Assembly (NCBI GenBank): GCA_965202585.1
Contig: OZ241826.1
Coordinates: 79,980,001 to 80,044,000 of the forward strand
Direction of reading: 5' to 3'
Source of the DNA: Thalia democratica
Lineage: Eukaryota
Length of the DNA: 64,000 nucleotides
The first letter of the stretch is position 1, and each line of letters starts with the position of its first letter. The notes beneath the pieces were generated by a model that saw only the letters and a list, made by a program, of their open reading frames with translations, ran no database searches and had not been told where the DNA came from. Positions 50,436 to 64,000 of this stretch are shown here, in pieces. A program made the translations under genes and the position numbers.

Positions 50436-53400
50436 TAAATGACATTTTCGCCCTACTTAACTAGCCATGAAAGATACTTCCGTGGAATGAAATTGGTGTT
50501 AGTTTTAAATTTTAGAAATATAAAGCTTAAATTTTGCACTTAGCAACTTACAGACTTAAACTAAAATCATGTTGACGTTTCACCAGCTTAAGTATCGGTA
50601 TAATCGACCTTTAAAAGTATGTTTAACCTACGAAACTTGTTGCATTTTGTTCAAAGCCTTGCTACCATATGTATGGAAGCTGTAAATTAAATTAAAGCTT
50701 ACGTTATCTCGTAATAATATTATCTACTTGTGTTATTATATAAGATATGTTTCATATTAGCAAAATAACTGTCAACATTGACAACTTCCAGTGTTCTTAT
50801 GGATTACGAATGCTTGCAGATAAAAATTGTGCCTCTTTTGACCTCATTATAATGAGTGTTTGATGCCAAATACAAACACACAAGACAGAAAAAAGCAAAT
50901 TTTTTATGAAATTTTATATTGTTTTAGTACTTTGCTAAGACACGACAGGTATTTTTGGTAATACACTAAATGCACGTTTTATGTTATATATCGGCTTTAA
51001 GGTAAACAAAAATATTTAAAAAAAACAGATAAATTTGTTTCGATTTTTTTACTTTTAAGCTATTGACTAGTTATTTTTTGTTTAATTTTTGTGTCTTCGT
51101 AAGCTTAACATAGTTGATAAAGACTGTTTGTCTATATTGGATTATTTGGGCAATTCAATTGGCTCTTCAGGTTGTATTTTATTGAACTAAACTATTTGTA
51201 AAAGCGCTTCTTTACTTGTTTGCTGAATAAAGCTTGTTACAAATGATGTTGGATTAAAGCAAAAAACACTACCTTCAAACAACCTTTAAATTTTCATATG
51301 CTTCTACGAAGCAATTGTCGGTACACGTTTACTTCTCGTTGTAATTTATCAACTCTGTAAAATTAAAAGCCGAGCAATTCTGTCTCTTGGGTGAAATGCG
51401 TAAAATTTTTAAACACGCCTTTCAAAGTTAAAAGCTAATTGCTAAGAATTTTTTTTTTGTAATAAGCTTATAAGAATAACTGGCAGCAATTAGCCTTTGT
51501 CAGCTGTTTTTAATCGTATTCAGTTGCAAATGAGTTTAAAATAAGATTAATCGAAGAAATAATCCAAATAATCTAATTAAACTTTTCAGCTTAACGACGA
51601 TGGCATCCGCGGCAAGTTTCGCGTCTCGTCGCTTTTTTATTGAGAGCGCAATTTTTAAGTACTGTGAGTTTTGCGCATTTTTATTTTATTTTTTAATGAT
51701 TTAGTTAACATAAATACAACAAAAATAATCAAGTTCAATAAATTTCAGACAGGACTATACTTATACTTAAAATAATAAGTGCTGAAAAGGTAAAAAAATA
51801 AAGTTGTTCTAATATGTATATGTATAAAACAGCTCAAAGTAAATGTTTAGTAAAAACTAACCTCAAATGAATGTTCTTTCGAAAAAATAATATTTTAGCA
51901 AAGTGAAGCCAAGAGTAATGTTAATTAAACCATTTATAAGCATGGCACTGAAAAGCGAATTGAAATTCACATGGGAAATATGCTTGAACTATCTCTTAGA
52001 TAGTTGTAATATTTATTTCACACCAAATTTTAACCATTAAAAAATTAGTCTAAGTTATGACTAAAGGATTAAATTTATTCAAACTCAAACAACTAAATTT
52101 ACAATTTGTTGTTATCGTAAAGCAGTCCTAAAGTTTTAAATGAGACTTTTGTATTAGTTTTCAGTATTATATTGTTTGAGTTATTTATTATCGTCAACAG
52201 TCCTAACGGTTTTAATGCAACCTTTGAAATTTAATTTTTTCAAAGTCATCTGTAGTCAAAAAAACTTGAGATTAGACAATGATGTGTGCGGCTTACTAAC
52301 TGTCGATACTATTTAAAAAAGAGCTTTAAATATGCAATAACTAACCGTAAATGTTTCTTCTTTTTTTTTTCATTAAGCATTACGGATTTTTCTTGTAGTC
52401 ATTAATAACTCGTAAAAGGAGTAGGCTTTTATCTATATATTGTTGCTTTGTTTCGTTTGTGGCGAGAATTCTTTTGAGATTCTGCGCTGATTTTGAGTCA
52501 AGTGATTTGATTCTAATGAGCTTGCTTTTGTCAAACTTCTACGAAAAGAACATTAGTATAAAATAAGTTGTTGTGTTTTGTGAAATGCAAACTTTTCAAC
52601 TTAATCTTAACAAAACACGTGTTTGTTTCAAAACTAAGTGACTTTAACTTTACCAACAAACGGTTTTAAACCATTAATAAAATATAAAAAATGTAACATT
52701 AGATCTCTAGTTTGTTACTTTTAAATTGATAAAAGGGAAATACTGAAACTCATAAAAGAATAAAATATCTTAACTTTAAGAAAACCATAAATAAGTCTTA
52801 AAACACTGTTATACAATGTAGTACAATACAAAATATATTAGAAAAATTTGCTTCTTAAAGGTTGTAGGCAGAACTCGCACTGTTATAAAATAAATTTAAT
52901 ATTTGTGTTTATAAAAAGTAAACTAACATATTTTACTGAATCCCTTAATAAAGTAATATTTACAATACATACTTAGTAATTTTGTATCGAAATTAATTCT
53001 TATTAGTTTAATTCAAAGTTGTATGAATTTTAAATGTTGTGAAATTTTGTATAAGATTGTTTCACAAAAAGTTGAATACATTACAATGGTTGTTAAAACA
53101 CATTAGCTAGATGCTTTATTTGATCGTTAAATGAAGTAGGGATAGATAAATGTTATAATTTTAAGTTCTATATAAATGAATAAGTTGGTTTATATAATAA
53201 ATCAGTATACAAAAATATTATGCACAGCAATTTGGTAGTTAGGGATCAATCTGTTCTATTAATTCACTTTACCATTTGTTTGAGGAAACTATTAATTTAT
53301 CTAAAAAATAAACTAAAGTATGTACAAGCAACTTCTTTAAATCTAGATATAAGACAATTGTGTCGATAAATTATAAAGTATAATCCGCAAATCTGATACG

Positions 53401-56400
53401 TTACAAGCTTTACAAGACAATGTGAATTTACTATATCAGTAACACGTTAGAAGTTTTGAAAACATTATTTCATCGTTTTGCAAAAACATATTATTTAAAT
53501 TATCAGTTACAAGATGCTATTAATTTGTTATTAAGACGTTAAAACCTTAATACGAGCAACGAATTTGTTTAAAACATATTAAAAATTTTAAAGACTACAT
53601 TAAGTTTTAAACCAAAACTTTTATATTATAAAACAGTGTAAAGAAAGAACAAAATTAGGTGAGGACTGTTGATTTTTCTTTTTGATTGATAGGCAAAAAA
53701 TCGACTTTGTTTTGAACTCAAGCCGATTTTACGTTGGTTCTTAAGGCAGCTTCTTTAAAAGATAGGAGCTGCAAACTATCAACGATTTATTCTGGCAAAG
53801 GCGGTTTGTTATACTCACTGTCTTTATGCAATTTTGTATTTTAAAAACACTATAGCCATCTTTTGAAGTTAAGTTTTGTCTTTAATCATTTTTGTTTACT
53901 TATACTTTTGTAGTAGGAACTGCACTAAACTTATATTTGACTAGTTTGTTAAAATAGTATTGTTAAATCTATGTATAAAAAGTTTTAAGCTATTAGAAAT
54001 TATTTTGTTTAAACTATATGCAAAACTTAATACACTATTAAGTCAGATGAAAAATAAATAATCTGAACAAAAATTATAAGGAAAGTTCTTAATAGCAAAA
54101 TATTACTGAAATACAGACGAAAAGCTTCATATTGATTTCCGAACACAAAGCTCGAAACGTTGCCGATCTAGCAGGTTTTCACCTCGCCTTTTTATCTGTT
54201 TCACTTCAATTACAAGGTGTATTGTGCTATAAAACAGTTGAAGCGCTTACTATCATTATATGCCACTTTACTGCAGTGTAAGAATTTACGTTTGTATCAA
54301 AGATCTAATAAATCATTTTTTAAACGATTCAATACGCTATTTTAGTTATTATTTGTTTTAAGGGTTTTAAAGCAGCGTACCGAGCTTATTTTTTTAAACC
54401 TTATTGAAAAAAAAGGTAAACTTTTGCTAGTTGTTGTTTTTTAAAGAATTTTCGAACAAAATGACCGCATAGCAGAAAACAAAAATGTTTACAGAATGGT
54501 AACCGCAACATCGGTTGCTTAGCAACGTGTGATGATGACACATTTATTTCGTCGTTAGTTTGTTGTGATATATCCTTCTATGTCCTCTTTTGGTCGTTGT
54601 AGTGGTTGGTATCGGTTGTTTTGGAACTTCATCATTTACTTGAACTGTAAAAAATAAACTTTAGTTTTTTTGTAGAATTTTTACTATTTTTCAACTACTA
54701 ACTTGGCATATAAGGCTATTTAAACGTTAGAAAATATTTAGAAGTAAAAATAGAGATAAGTTTTTTTGAAACAAATAAAAAATAGCAAATATAAGGTGTT
54801 CAAAACTTATTTATAAGATATCTTTTTAATGTGACGATACTTTAATAGGTGAAATTTGAAAATAATACAACTTTTTTAAATAAAAAAATTATAAACTTTA
54901 AAATATACTGTATGACTGATACTCTTGTTGACAATATCTAGTACTTATTTTATTGCTTACTACGAAACTACAGAAAGCTTTACAACCTTACTTGTCACGC
55001 GGGAGATATGTCGTTTTTCGCTTTTTATGGGGATTAACCTTATTAAATAATTATTTGACCGGAAAGGCACTGCTTAGCAATTGTTCCTACGCAGTAATTC
55101 GTCAACGCTGTTTTAATTGCGTTGTACTTAATGAAATTAATTAGTTATCCTGTTTAGTTGCATCAATAGATAAACTCAATCGGTTAATTTATACGCAATG
55201 TGTCTTCTTTAAAAACAAAGTATAAAAAAGTGTTTTGCTGGAGATAAAACTTAGCAAAAAAAAAAAGATCGAAAACTGATTTTTAAATAAAAAGAAAAAA
55301 AAAACTATAATGTTGTGTCTTTAAAAGTTATATCAATTTCACAAAATTGTGTATAAATTGTCAATGTTTGTTTGTCGCTTGCGCGTTTCTTAAGCAATTT
55401 AAGCAACAGCGAAATTAATTTAAGCTTTGCTTTTTTTATATTTTTTTTCGGCATAACCCTTTCACCGTTTCTACGGTTAACGGATTATGTTCTCCAATTA
55501 CATCGTTACTACTTGTAGTTGCTGAAGGTCACCATTGGCTGCGTGTCTAATTTATAGATTGACGAGCTTCCTTTCCGTTCAAGCCTCATTTTAAATCGAA
55601 ACCTGCGAGTGTTTTGCTTTTTCACGAAGATACTTTGTTTTTTAGTTCTATTTATCGAAATATTTGATTTATATTCAAATGTCAGATATTCAATATATGA
55701 GTAGTTTTACTTTAAAAAAAAACATTTTTACTAAACCCGATTTGAAAAGTTTGTTGTCTTTGAACATGTTAATAAAGTTATGTGTTAAAAAAAATAGTTT
55801 TTTATGAATAATTTTTATACCTATTTGATATACACACCTTTCAAATGTTAATTACGACAATATTATTTGCATAATGAATATCATTTTAATAATAAAGATT
55901 ACAATTTTTTGTTTTTGTTGAAAAATTCTAACTAAAAAGTCAATTACTAAGATTATATTTCACATTTTAATTATTTACCTTAAAAAAAAGTTGAAGTATA
56001 CTTTTCAATTTAACTGATCAATTACAATTTAATTGAAAACGATATAAATGCTTGACGATAAAGATAAACAACAAAAATAATAAAATAAAGAAGAAAAAAT
56101 TAAACACTTCAATGGGTCTTGAACAAAACATGAGGTCTGCTTGACGATACAAATAAATTATAAGGCTATTTATTGCAAGTTTTAATTACTTTGTTTATTT
56201 AAGTTGACTTTGCTCAACTATAGAAAAATAAACATCAAAATATCATTAAGTTTAATAGTTTAAACTGTGGAATACTTTAAGCTTCATTCCCATACGTCAA
56301 AAAAATAATAATTAGCGATTCAACTGTGTAACAGCCCGAAACACCTTGTAATTGATGTGTTTAGAAGCAGATAATAAGATGAAAGCCTGCGAGGCCGGCG

Positions 56401-59400
56401 ACGTTTCAAGCTTTGTGTTCGGAAATTAACTTGAAGCTTTTCGACTGTATTCCAGTATTTTTTGCATTAGGATTTTTCTACAGACTTTTTGTTCAGATTA
56501 TTTACTTTCTTTCTGACTTAATAGTGAATTAAAATTTTGCATATAATTTATGCAAAATAATTTTTTGTAGCTTAAAACTTTTTATAATTAGATTTAAAAG
56601 TTTTATTAAAAACAAACTAGTTTAACTATAAGTTTAGTGCAAGTTCCTACTACAAAAATATAAGTAAATAAAAATTACTAAAGACAAGACTAAAAGTTAA
56701 AAGATGGCTATAGTGTTATTAAAACGCAAAATCCCTAAAAGACAGTGAGTATAACAAACCACCTTTGCCAGAAAAAACCGATGATAATTTGCAGCTTCTT
56801 TCTTTTTATGAACAACGCAAAAACGGCTCTAGTTCAAAACAAAGTCAATTTTTTGCCCATCAATCAAAAAAAAAAGACTCTACAGTCCTCACCTAATTTT
56901 GTTGCTTCTTTACACTGTTTTTTTATTAAAGAAAATTTTGGTTTAAAACTCAATGTAGTCCATAAAATTTTCAATATGTTTCAAACAAATTTGCTGCTAT
57001 TAGGGTTTTAATGTCTTAATAATTAATTAATAGCATCTTTTAATCGATAATTTAAGTAACATAATTTTGCAAAACGAAGAAATTATGTTTTTAAAACTTC
57101 TAATGCGTTACTGATATAGTAAGTTCACATCGTCTTGCAAAGTTTGTAACGTATCAGATTAGCGCTTTATAATTAATATTTTTTTAGTCGATTGTCTTAT
57201 ATATAGATTAAAAACAGTTGCTTGTACTTTAGGTTATTTTTTAGATAAATTGTTTGCTTATTAAAACAAATGGTAATTTGGTTAAATGGAACAGATGGGT
57301 CCCTATTTATCAAATGGCTGTGCACATACTATTTTTGTAGACTGATTTATTATTTAAATTAACTTATCTATTTATATGGAACTTAAAATTATAACACTTA
57401 TTTATCCCTATTTCTTTAAACTATTAAATATAGCATCTAGCTAATCTGTTTTAACAATATTTGTTTTACTTATCAAAATTGTCTGACCACAATTTAACTA
57501 GTTTACAGTATTCAACAATTTGTAGAACAATTTTATACACAGTTTCACAAAATTTTTAATTCATACAGCTTCGAATTAAACTGATAATAATTAATTTCTC
57601 AAGTACTAAGTATTGTAAATACTACTTCATTAAGAGAGTCGGTAAAATATTTAATTTACTTTTTATAAACAAATTTATTAGAATTAATTTATAACGGTGC
57701 GAGTTCTGCCTACAACCGTTAAGAAGCAAACTTTTCTAACATACTTTGTGCTATAATACATTGTACAACGATGTTCCAAGTCTTATTTGTGTTTTTTTGT
57801 AAAGTTAATTATTTTTTTTGAGTTTCAGCATTTCTCATAAACTAATCAACAACTAATAATATTAGTGATCTCATTTACATTCTTATTTATTTTTTATTAA
57901 TTAAATAATAAAACAAAAATTAAACTGTTTGTTTCTAAAGTTAAAGTAACTTAGTTTTGAAACAAACACGTGGTTTGTTAAGATAAAAAATAGCTAAATT
58001 GTTGATTTTAAAGTTTCTAACTACTAAGTTTATACTTATAGTCAGTACATAAAAACAGTATAAAAAACTTTTAAATTTTAGGACAATTTAAAACAAATAA
58101 ATATCTTTTAAAATAACAACTTTAAAAGATCATAAAATAAAATTTCGTAAAATTATATGCATAAAAACTTTTTATCTTTATCTGTAAAAAGTTTGCATTT
58201 TACAAAACACAACAACTTATTTTATACTAACGTTCGTTTCGTAACAGTTTGGCAAAATCAAGCTCATTAGAGTCAAATCTCTTAACTCGAAATCGGCGCA
58301 GAATCGCAAAAGAATTCTGGCCGCAAACGAAACAAAGCAACACAAATATATAAAAGCCTTCTCCTTTTTACGAGTTATTAATGACAAACTAGCAAAAATT
58401 GTAATGTCTAAGGTAAAAAAAAGAAAAACTTACATTCAGCTAGTTAACGCATATTTAAAGCTCTTTTTTAGAATAGTATCGACAGTTAGTAAGCCGCACA
58501 CACCATTGCACGATCTCAAATTTCTTTTACTACAGATGACTTAAATATAAATCAATTCTAAAGGTTGTTTTAAAAGCACTAAGACTGTTGTCAATAATAA
58601 TTAGAAATTTAAACATTAAAATTAACTAAATCATTAGAACAAAGATAAATAGATAGAAAGGCGCAAAACTCACAGTATATAAAAGTTGCGCTTTTCGTAA
58701 AAAAAACGTCAAGACGCCAAATATGCCGCGTTTGTTCCGCCATCGTTATTAAGCTGAAAAGTTTAATTAGATTATTTGAATTATTTCTTCGAATAAACTT
58801 CTTTTTAAATCTTTCGCAGCTGAATACGATTGAGAACAGCTGACAAAGTCTAAATGCTGCCAGTAATTCTCACAAGCTTTTTACATAAAAAAAAAGTTAG
58901 CAATTAGATTTTAACTTTGAAAGATGTGTTTGAAAATTTTACGCATTTCATTAAAAAGAAAGAATTACTCGGCTTTTAATTTTACAGTGTTGATAAACTA
59001 TTACGACAAGTAAACGTGTATCGACAATTGCCTCGTAGAAACATATGAAAATTTTAAGGATTTCCAGAAACTGAAATTAAATATTTTTGAAAGTACATGA
59101 CTGTCTTAGAACTTGGCCTTTCTTTCTTTTTTTGCTTTAATCCAACATCATCAGAAAGAAGCTTTAATTGGCAAACAAGTAAAGAAGCGCTATTACAAAT
59201 AATTTAGTTCAATAAATACAGTTTTAAAAACAATGGAATTGCCAAAATAATTCAATATAGACATACAGTCTTGATCAACTATGTTAAGCTTTAGCAGACA
59301 CAAAAGTTAAATAAAAAAGAATAATTCAACAGCTTAGAAAAAAAAAATTGAAACAAATATCTCTGTTTTGCTTTTTTTTAAATATCTTTGTTTGCCTTAA

Positions 59401-62400
59401 AGCCGACGTACAAAACAAACGAGCATTTAGTATACTATCAAAAGTAACTGACGTTATTTTAGCAAAGTAGTAAAACAATCTAAAAATTTATAAACAATTT
59501 GCTACTCTCTATCCTGTGTGTTGGTATTTGGCATTAAATACGCATAATAATAAGTCAAAAAAGGCATAATTTTTAACTGGAATCATTCGTAATCCATAAG
59601 CACACGTGAAGTTGTCAATGTTTTCAGTTATTTTGTTTACATGAAACGTATCACATAGATAAACATAAGATAATATTATTACGAGATAACGTACGCTTTG
59701 ATTTAATAAACAGCTTCCATACATATGGTAGCAAGGTTTTGAACAAAATGAAACAAATTTTGTAGGTTAAACATACTTTTTAAGGGCGACCACACCGATA
59801 CTTAAGCTAATGAAACGCCAACATGTTTTAAGTTTAAGTCTGTAAGTTATCTAATACAAAATGTAAGCTTCACATTTATAAAATTTGAAACTAACAACAA
59901 TTTCATTCTACGGAAATATCTTTCGTAGCTACTTAAATAGGGCGAAGGTGTCATTTAATCACCCTTTTTTTCAGATGCTGTTAAGATTTGTAAGCAAGTT
60001 TGAACCGTAAACACGGTGACATGTTACCCTGGCAACGAAATTCTTTGTCGCCCGTTTTATTCGATCAGAGTGGCAGTTTGAAGGGTTGATAAGCAAAGAG
60101 ATAGAAACATTTTTCACGCAATACTTTAAGCAGTATGTTTTGTATAAATTACTTTATGATTGCTACTGTGCATGAAATAATTAACTTAAAAAAAGTATTT
60201 TCGACTTCTGAATGAATTTGTTTTGAGTTAATGTCAGCAACAATATAACTTTTGTTTTTTGTATTTTTTAACTTTAAAAAATAATTATAAAAACTACAAT
60301 TTAGTTTTGTTTAATTCATACTATGGTTCCATCTCTAGTACTTTTCAATGTTTTTAACAAATGCGGCAGAAATGGTCATCATCAATTATTAAAAATTTAT
60401 TATTTTAACTTAATTAAATTTTATTTATAGTAAGCAAAACTTAAGATTTATATACAATTTTCAAAAATATTTTATGACTATTTATTTTTCAATTGTAAAC
60501 TGTTAAATAAAGTATTGATGCAAATTAAAGCAATAATTTAGACCAAAAACATGTAAAACTAGAACAATTGGTGTTATAACCTCCGCTCAGTTACTACTGG
60601 TAACAATAGGGGATTAGTGACGAGCGACAACGGAAGTTGTTTTTAGGGGTGATGACATACGTTGCTATGACGTCATACCGGAAGTGAGTTGCGTTGAAAC
60701 CAGATGATGATTGAGTTGCTACGACAATAAATAGTCTAACTTGAAATTTCGTGAAAAAAAAAAATTTATGTGAAAAAACTACTAGATTAAAAAACATATT
60801 TTTATTTTATTTATTATACTTTAATAATTGCATTCTAAAGCTAAATCTTAATGTAATAGTTCAAAGCTTTATTATAAAATCAATGGTAGAGTAAAAATAA
60901 AAAACTAAACTGCAAAAGTGAAAACCCTACTCAAAAAAAATTAAATATTAATGTTTTTACCTAAAAAGTTGTAAAATTTTAAGCAATAATTTTTAGTTTA
61001 AGAAAAAAAGCTTGCTTTGAAACCATGTACAAAAGTATGTTTAAATTTTCAGTTCGTTTAAAAACAATAAAAACAATTTTAAGAAAACCCGCGAGAGTAA
61101 TAAGTTAAGAATTAGGCTATTCAACTGTTTAATTGTTCTTTAATTGTTGAAAAAAAAAGGTTATTTGATCAAAAGGCCAAAAACGTTTGATTGAAAGGTC
61201 AAAAAAGTCGGTAAAAAACTGTTTAACATATTTACACTTATACGAGCTTAAATCTTAGCTACAAGTCGTATTACACAATTACAATACCGCTGCTGATTAA
61301 TTTCTGTCGCCATGGTTACGCGCTAAAGACAAACTAATCTCTAATAAAATTAAGCCGATAAGCGATGATGACCTTTGCGGCAACCAAGGTGGCATGGCAA
61401 CAAGGTTGTCAAGCATTTTCGTAGAAGTTAATTGGTTGAATTACCGGAAAACTACCGACGTCTACGAGCGGTGACTGATGTCTGAAAACTACCGCTAAAT
61501 TGTAGGAGGGGCCAAAACGAATGTAAAAATATGACCAAATTTTCAATTTTTAATTTTGAAAAAACTTATTAAATTTTTATATTAACGTTTAAAAACTGTG
61601 AAAACCTCTTAACATTTGTTTTAAAAATCACTTTGGCAAAATAAAAACATATTCATTAACGCACTTAAGACTTTGTCAAATAGTAAGCAAATAGTTTGCA
61701 ATTGCTGTTAATTAGAATCAACAGTGCTAAATATATTTTACTTATATTACATTTGTATGAAATATTTTGGAATCTCCTTAGATATTAAAACTTTTTAATA
61801 AGAGACTAGAGAAATTAAAAATAATTATGTTCTAGTTTTTGGTAGACCTTTTAAACAGAACTACACGTAAAACTATGCTTACAAGTATTTTTATAATGAT
61901 TGCAACAAATAAAAAGTAATTTACTGTGAAAGATAAAAAGCTTTTTAAATTTAAAAAACTTCATAAAATTGCAGTAAATCAAAATAAAAAACCTGAGATT
62001 AATCAAACTTTGTTATACAAAAAGTTTTTTTTTTGTGAATTTTGCACAAAAACAAATTCAAACTATAAAACGACCGACTTAAAACACCCCAAAAAAACAA
62101 ATTAAAACTTAGAAGTTATAAATTATTGAAGTAATAATAAATTACCATTTTGGTTTAAGACTGTTTTTACCGTGGGTTTGTAAAAAGAAAAGCCGAAAAT
62201 TAGCGATGTGTCAACATTGTAAGTGAAAAACCACAAAAAAGCTGACTTGCCTCGAAAGCTGTTTATTAATCAGCAAACAGCTCTTTAGCAGAGAAATTAG
62301 TTTGTAATGCGTAGTGGCATAAAACGACTGTAGTGAAAATTTATGTTTGATATTTTTCAGATATAAAAGCGAGCTTGAATCATTCAACGTCGTTAAAAGA

Positions 62401-64000
62401 TAGGTTTAATAAGAGAAAAAAAGATATATATTTATATCTGTTGTTTCTTGTTTTTTTGTATGTTGTTTGAAACAAAAGTAATTTAAAACTGTTTTTTCAA
62501 TCTTGACACAGTTAAACACTAGGGTTTTAAAGGTTTTTAAAAGCTTAGAGCTGTAAAAAGTATGTGGTTTTTAAAGGTTTACGGTTTTTTTCAGACAGTT
62601 TGTTAGTATACATTCTATGAAAAGGGCAAAAAGGCAATTAAAGAAAGTCGAAGTAAGACCATTGGTTCAAACACATCAAAAAACATTCCATGTCTATAAA
62701 GTTCAAAGAAAATTTTTCTTTAAAAAACTTAAATAATTTTAAAACTTTTGCTTCTTGCTCAAATACAAAGCTTAACTTAATACAAAGTTATTTTATATAG
62801 CAACATTTCGAAAAAAAGTCATTTTTAAACATTACCACCATTCAAACACACGAAGTCCTAACAACCCTTAATCAATCTGGTCTTTTTTGCAATTGTATCA
62901 AACTTCAAACTTTTGTTTGTTAGCAAGCTGACTATTTACAAAACAGATAAAAGTATTGGGATTCGAGAAAGAAGTTTCAATGCAAAGGGGAAACTTATTA
63001 GTTTTTGTTTTACCGCATCAATAAAAAATTTGTTGGTGTTTTTTATTGGTGTTGCGAAAGATAATTGATTTTCGCTGCTCGTTGAAACGCCAACGTCTTA
63101 GAAATTAGTTATGCTAGAAGCTGCAGTAAATTAAAAATAAATTTAGATATGAAAAATTTGCTATGATATTATTGGTTTTTAAATATTTTGAAATGGCTAT
63201 TTTGTAAACTCATTTAACTTCTTTTCTAAACAACTTAACTTTTTTATTTCTTTAAACGAAGCTAAATACGCAACATGAGCCTAAAGCTTCAATTGTTTTG
63301 TTTCAATAATTAATGGCCTTAAAGTTTTATGAACCAAGTTTTTCATTTTTTATCTAATAATTATCTTTAGATTTGCTTATTTCAAAAAGAAAACAAATCC
63401 TGATATGAATTAGTTAATAAGTATAGTATAATTTTTTTAAAGTTAAAGCTTTAAAAAAATACACAATCTTTTACCACAAAAGCAGTTAAACAAAACTTTT
63501 TCAATAATTAACTGTCTGTGGACTTGAAATTTTTATTAGAATAATTTAACATTTAGTTTGATAAAAGTGCATTGAACTTTTGTACTAACAAAGAATTTTT
63601 GGCACCGTGAAAATAATTCAAATTTTAGCAAACACTTCAACTACAAAAATTTAAAATTGAATGCAGCCGAGTATGAAAAAATGTCATTTTTTAACTTTAA
63701 AAACTATTGTTTGGTATGTTAACAAAGTTTTAATGTTTTATTTAAGAATTTTTATTTAGATTAGTTTTAAATAATTTGCTGCTTTGACTTTAGTAGTTTA
63801 ATTACACAATATAGAAATTTAAGTAAATTTATATTTATTAGAGTAAAAAAATAATTAAAAATCCTCGCCCAAACAAGCTGCAATAGCGTCAGTTAGCAAA
63901 CATATTGATGGCTTTCTACAATGAGGGCAACTAAAAAATTCGAGGGTCAATAATGCAGCGTTATTTGTGACGGCAGGAAATGGTGGTGTCAAGCAAAAAG
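50436..64000 (+). repeat. Second unit of the direct duplication (matches 33473-47032; runs off the window)
   Basis: Only scattered SNPs and short indels, e.g. a 3-nt deletion near 51270 and a longer rearranged insertion near 55335. Five ORF-track entries recur at offsets of ~16.96-16.98 kb. Confidence 0.95.
60569..60718 (-). pseudogene. Dead copy of exon 2 in the recent duplicate
   Basis: Near-identical to 43597-43746. Confidence 0.8.

Noticed and set aside
37991-60797. ORFs recurring identically (37991/54953, 39770/56745, 42538/59509, 43622/60594)
   Set aside because: Identity only reflects the recent 17-kb duplication; AT-rich, alternative starts, no domains.
1-64000. Prokaryotic operons, CRISPR arrays, tRNA/rRNA, transposase or RT ORFs
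   Set aside because: None seen; the sequence is spliceosomal-intron-containing eukaryotic DNA without regularly spaced short repeats or long mobile-element ORFs.

Overview
AT-rich, intron-containing eukaryotic (animal-type) DNA. The style is ascidian/invertebrate-like, but that is an inference. Almost the whole window derives from one gene family. (1) A complete 13-exon plus-strand gene (17545-27695, 2160 nt CDS, 719 aa by my splice reconstruction) encodes a SAND-domain (KDWKRSIR motif) plus C-terminal SAM-domain protein. (2) Five intact 3' exons of a minus-strand paralog (48852-50358) sit tail-to-tail with it inside a diverged ~24.5-kb palindrome (arms ~25971-37295 and ~39330-50428). (3) A near-identical direct duplication of 33473 onward starts at 50436 (period ~16.96 kb) and truncates the paralog. 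(4) An older, decayed inverted copy of the same unit lies at ~885-8120. Dead copies keep the regulatory motifs (RFX X-boxes, CRE TGACGTCA, ETS) better than the coding potential. Also present: an 82-aa ubiquitin-like ORF without a diGly tail (9928-10176), a MITE-like element and two hammerhead-ribozyme-like motifs. Alignments were done by eye, so identities and block ends are approximate. No tRNA, rRNA or CRISPR was recognised.
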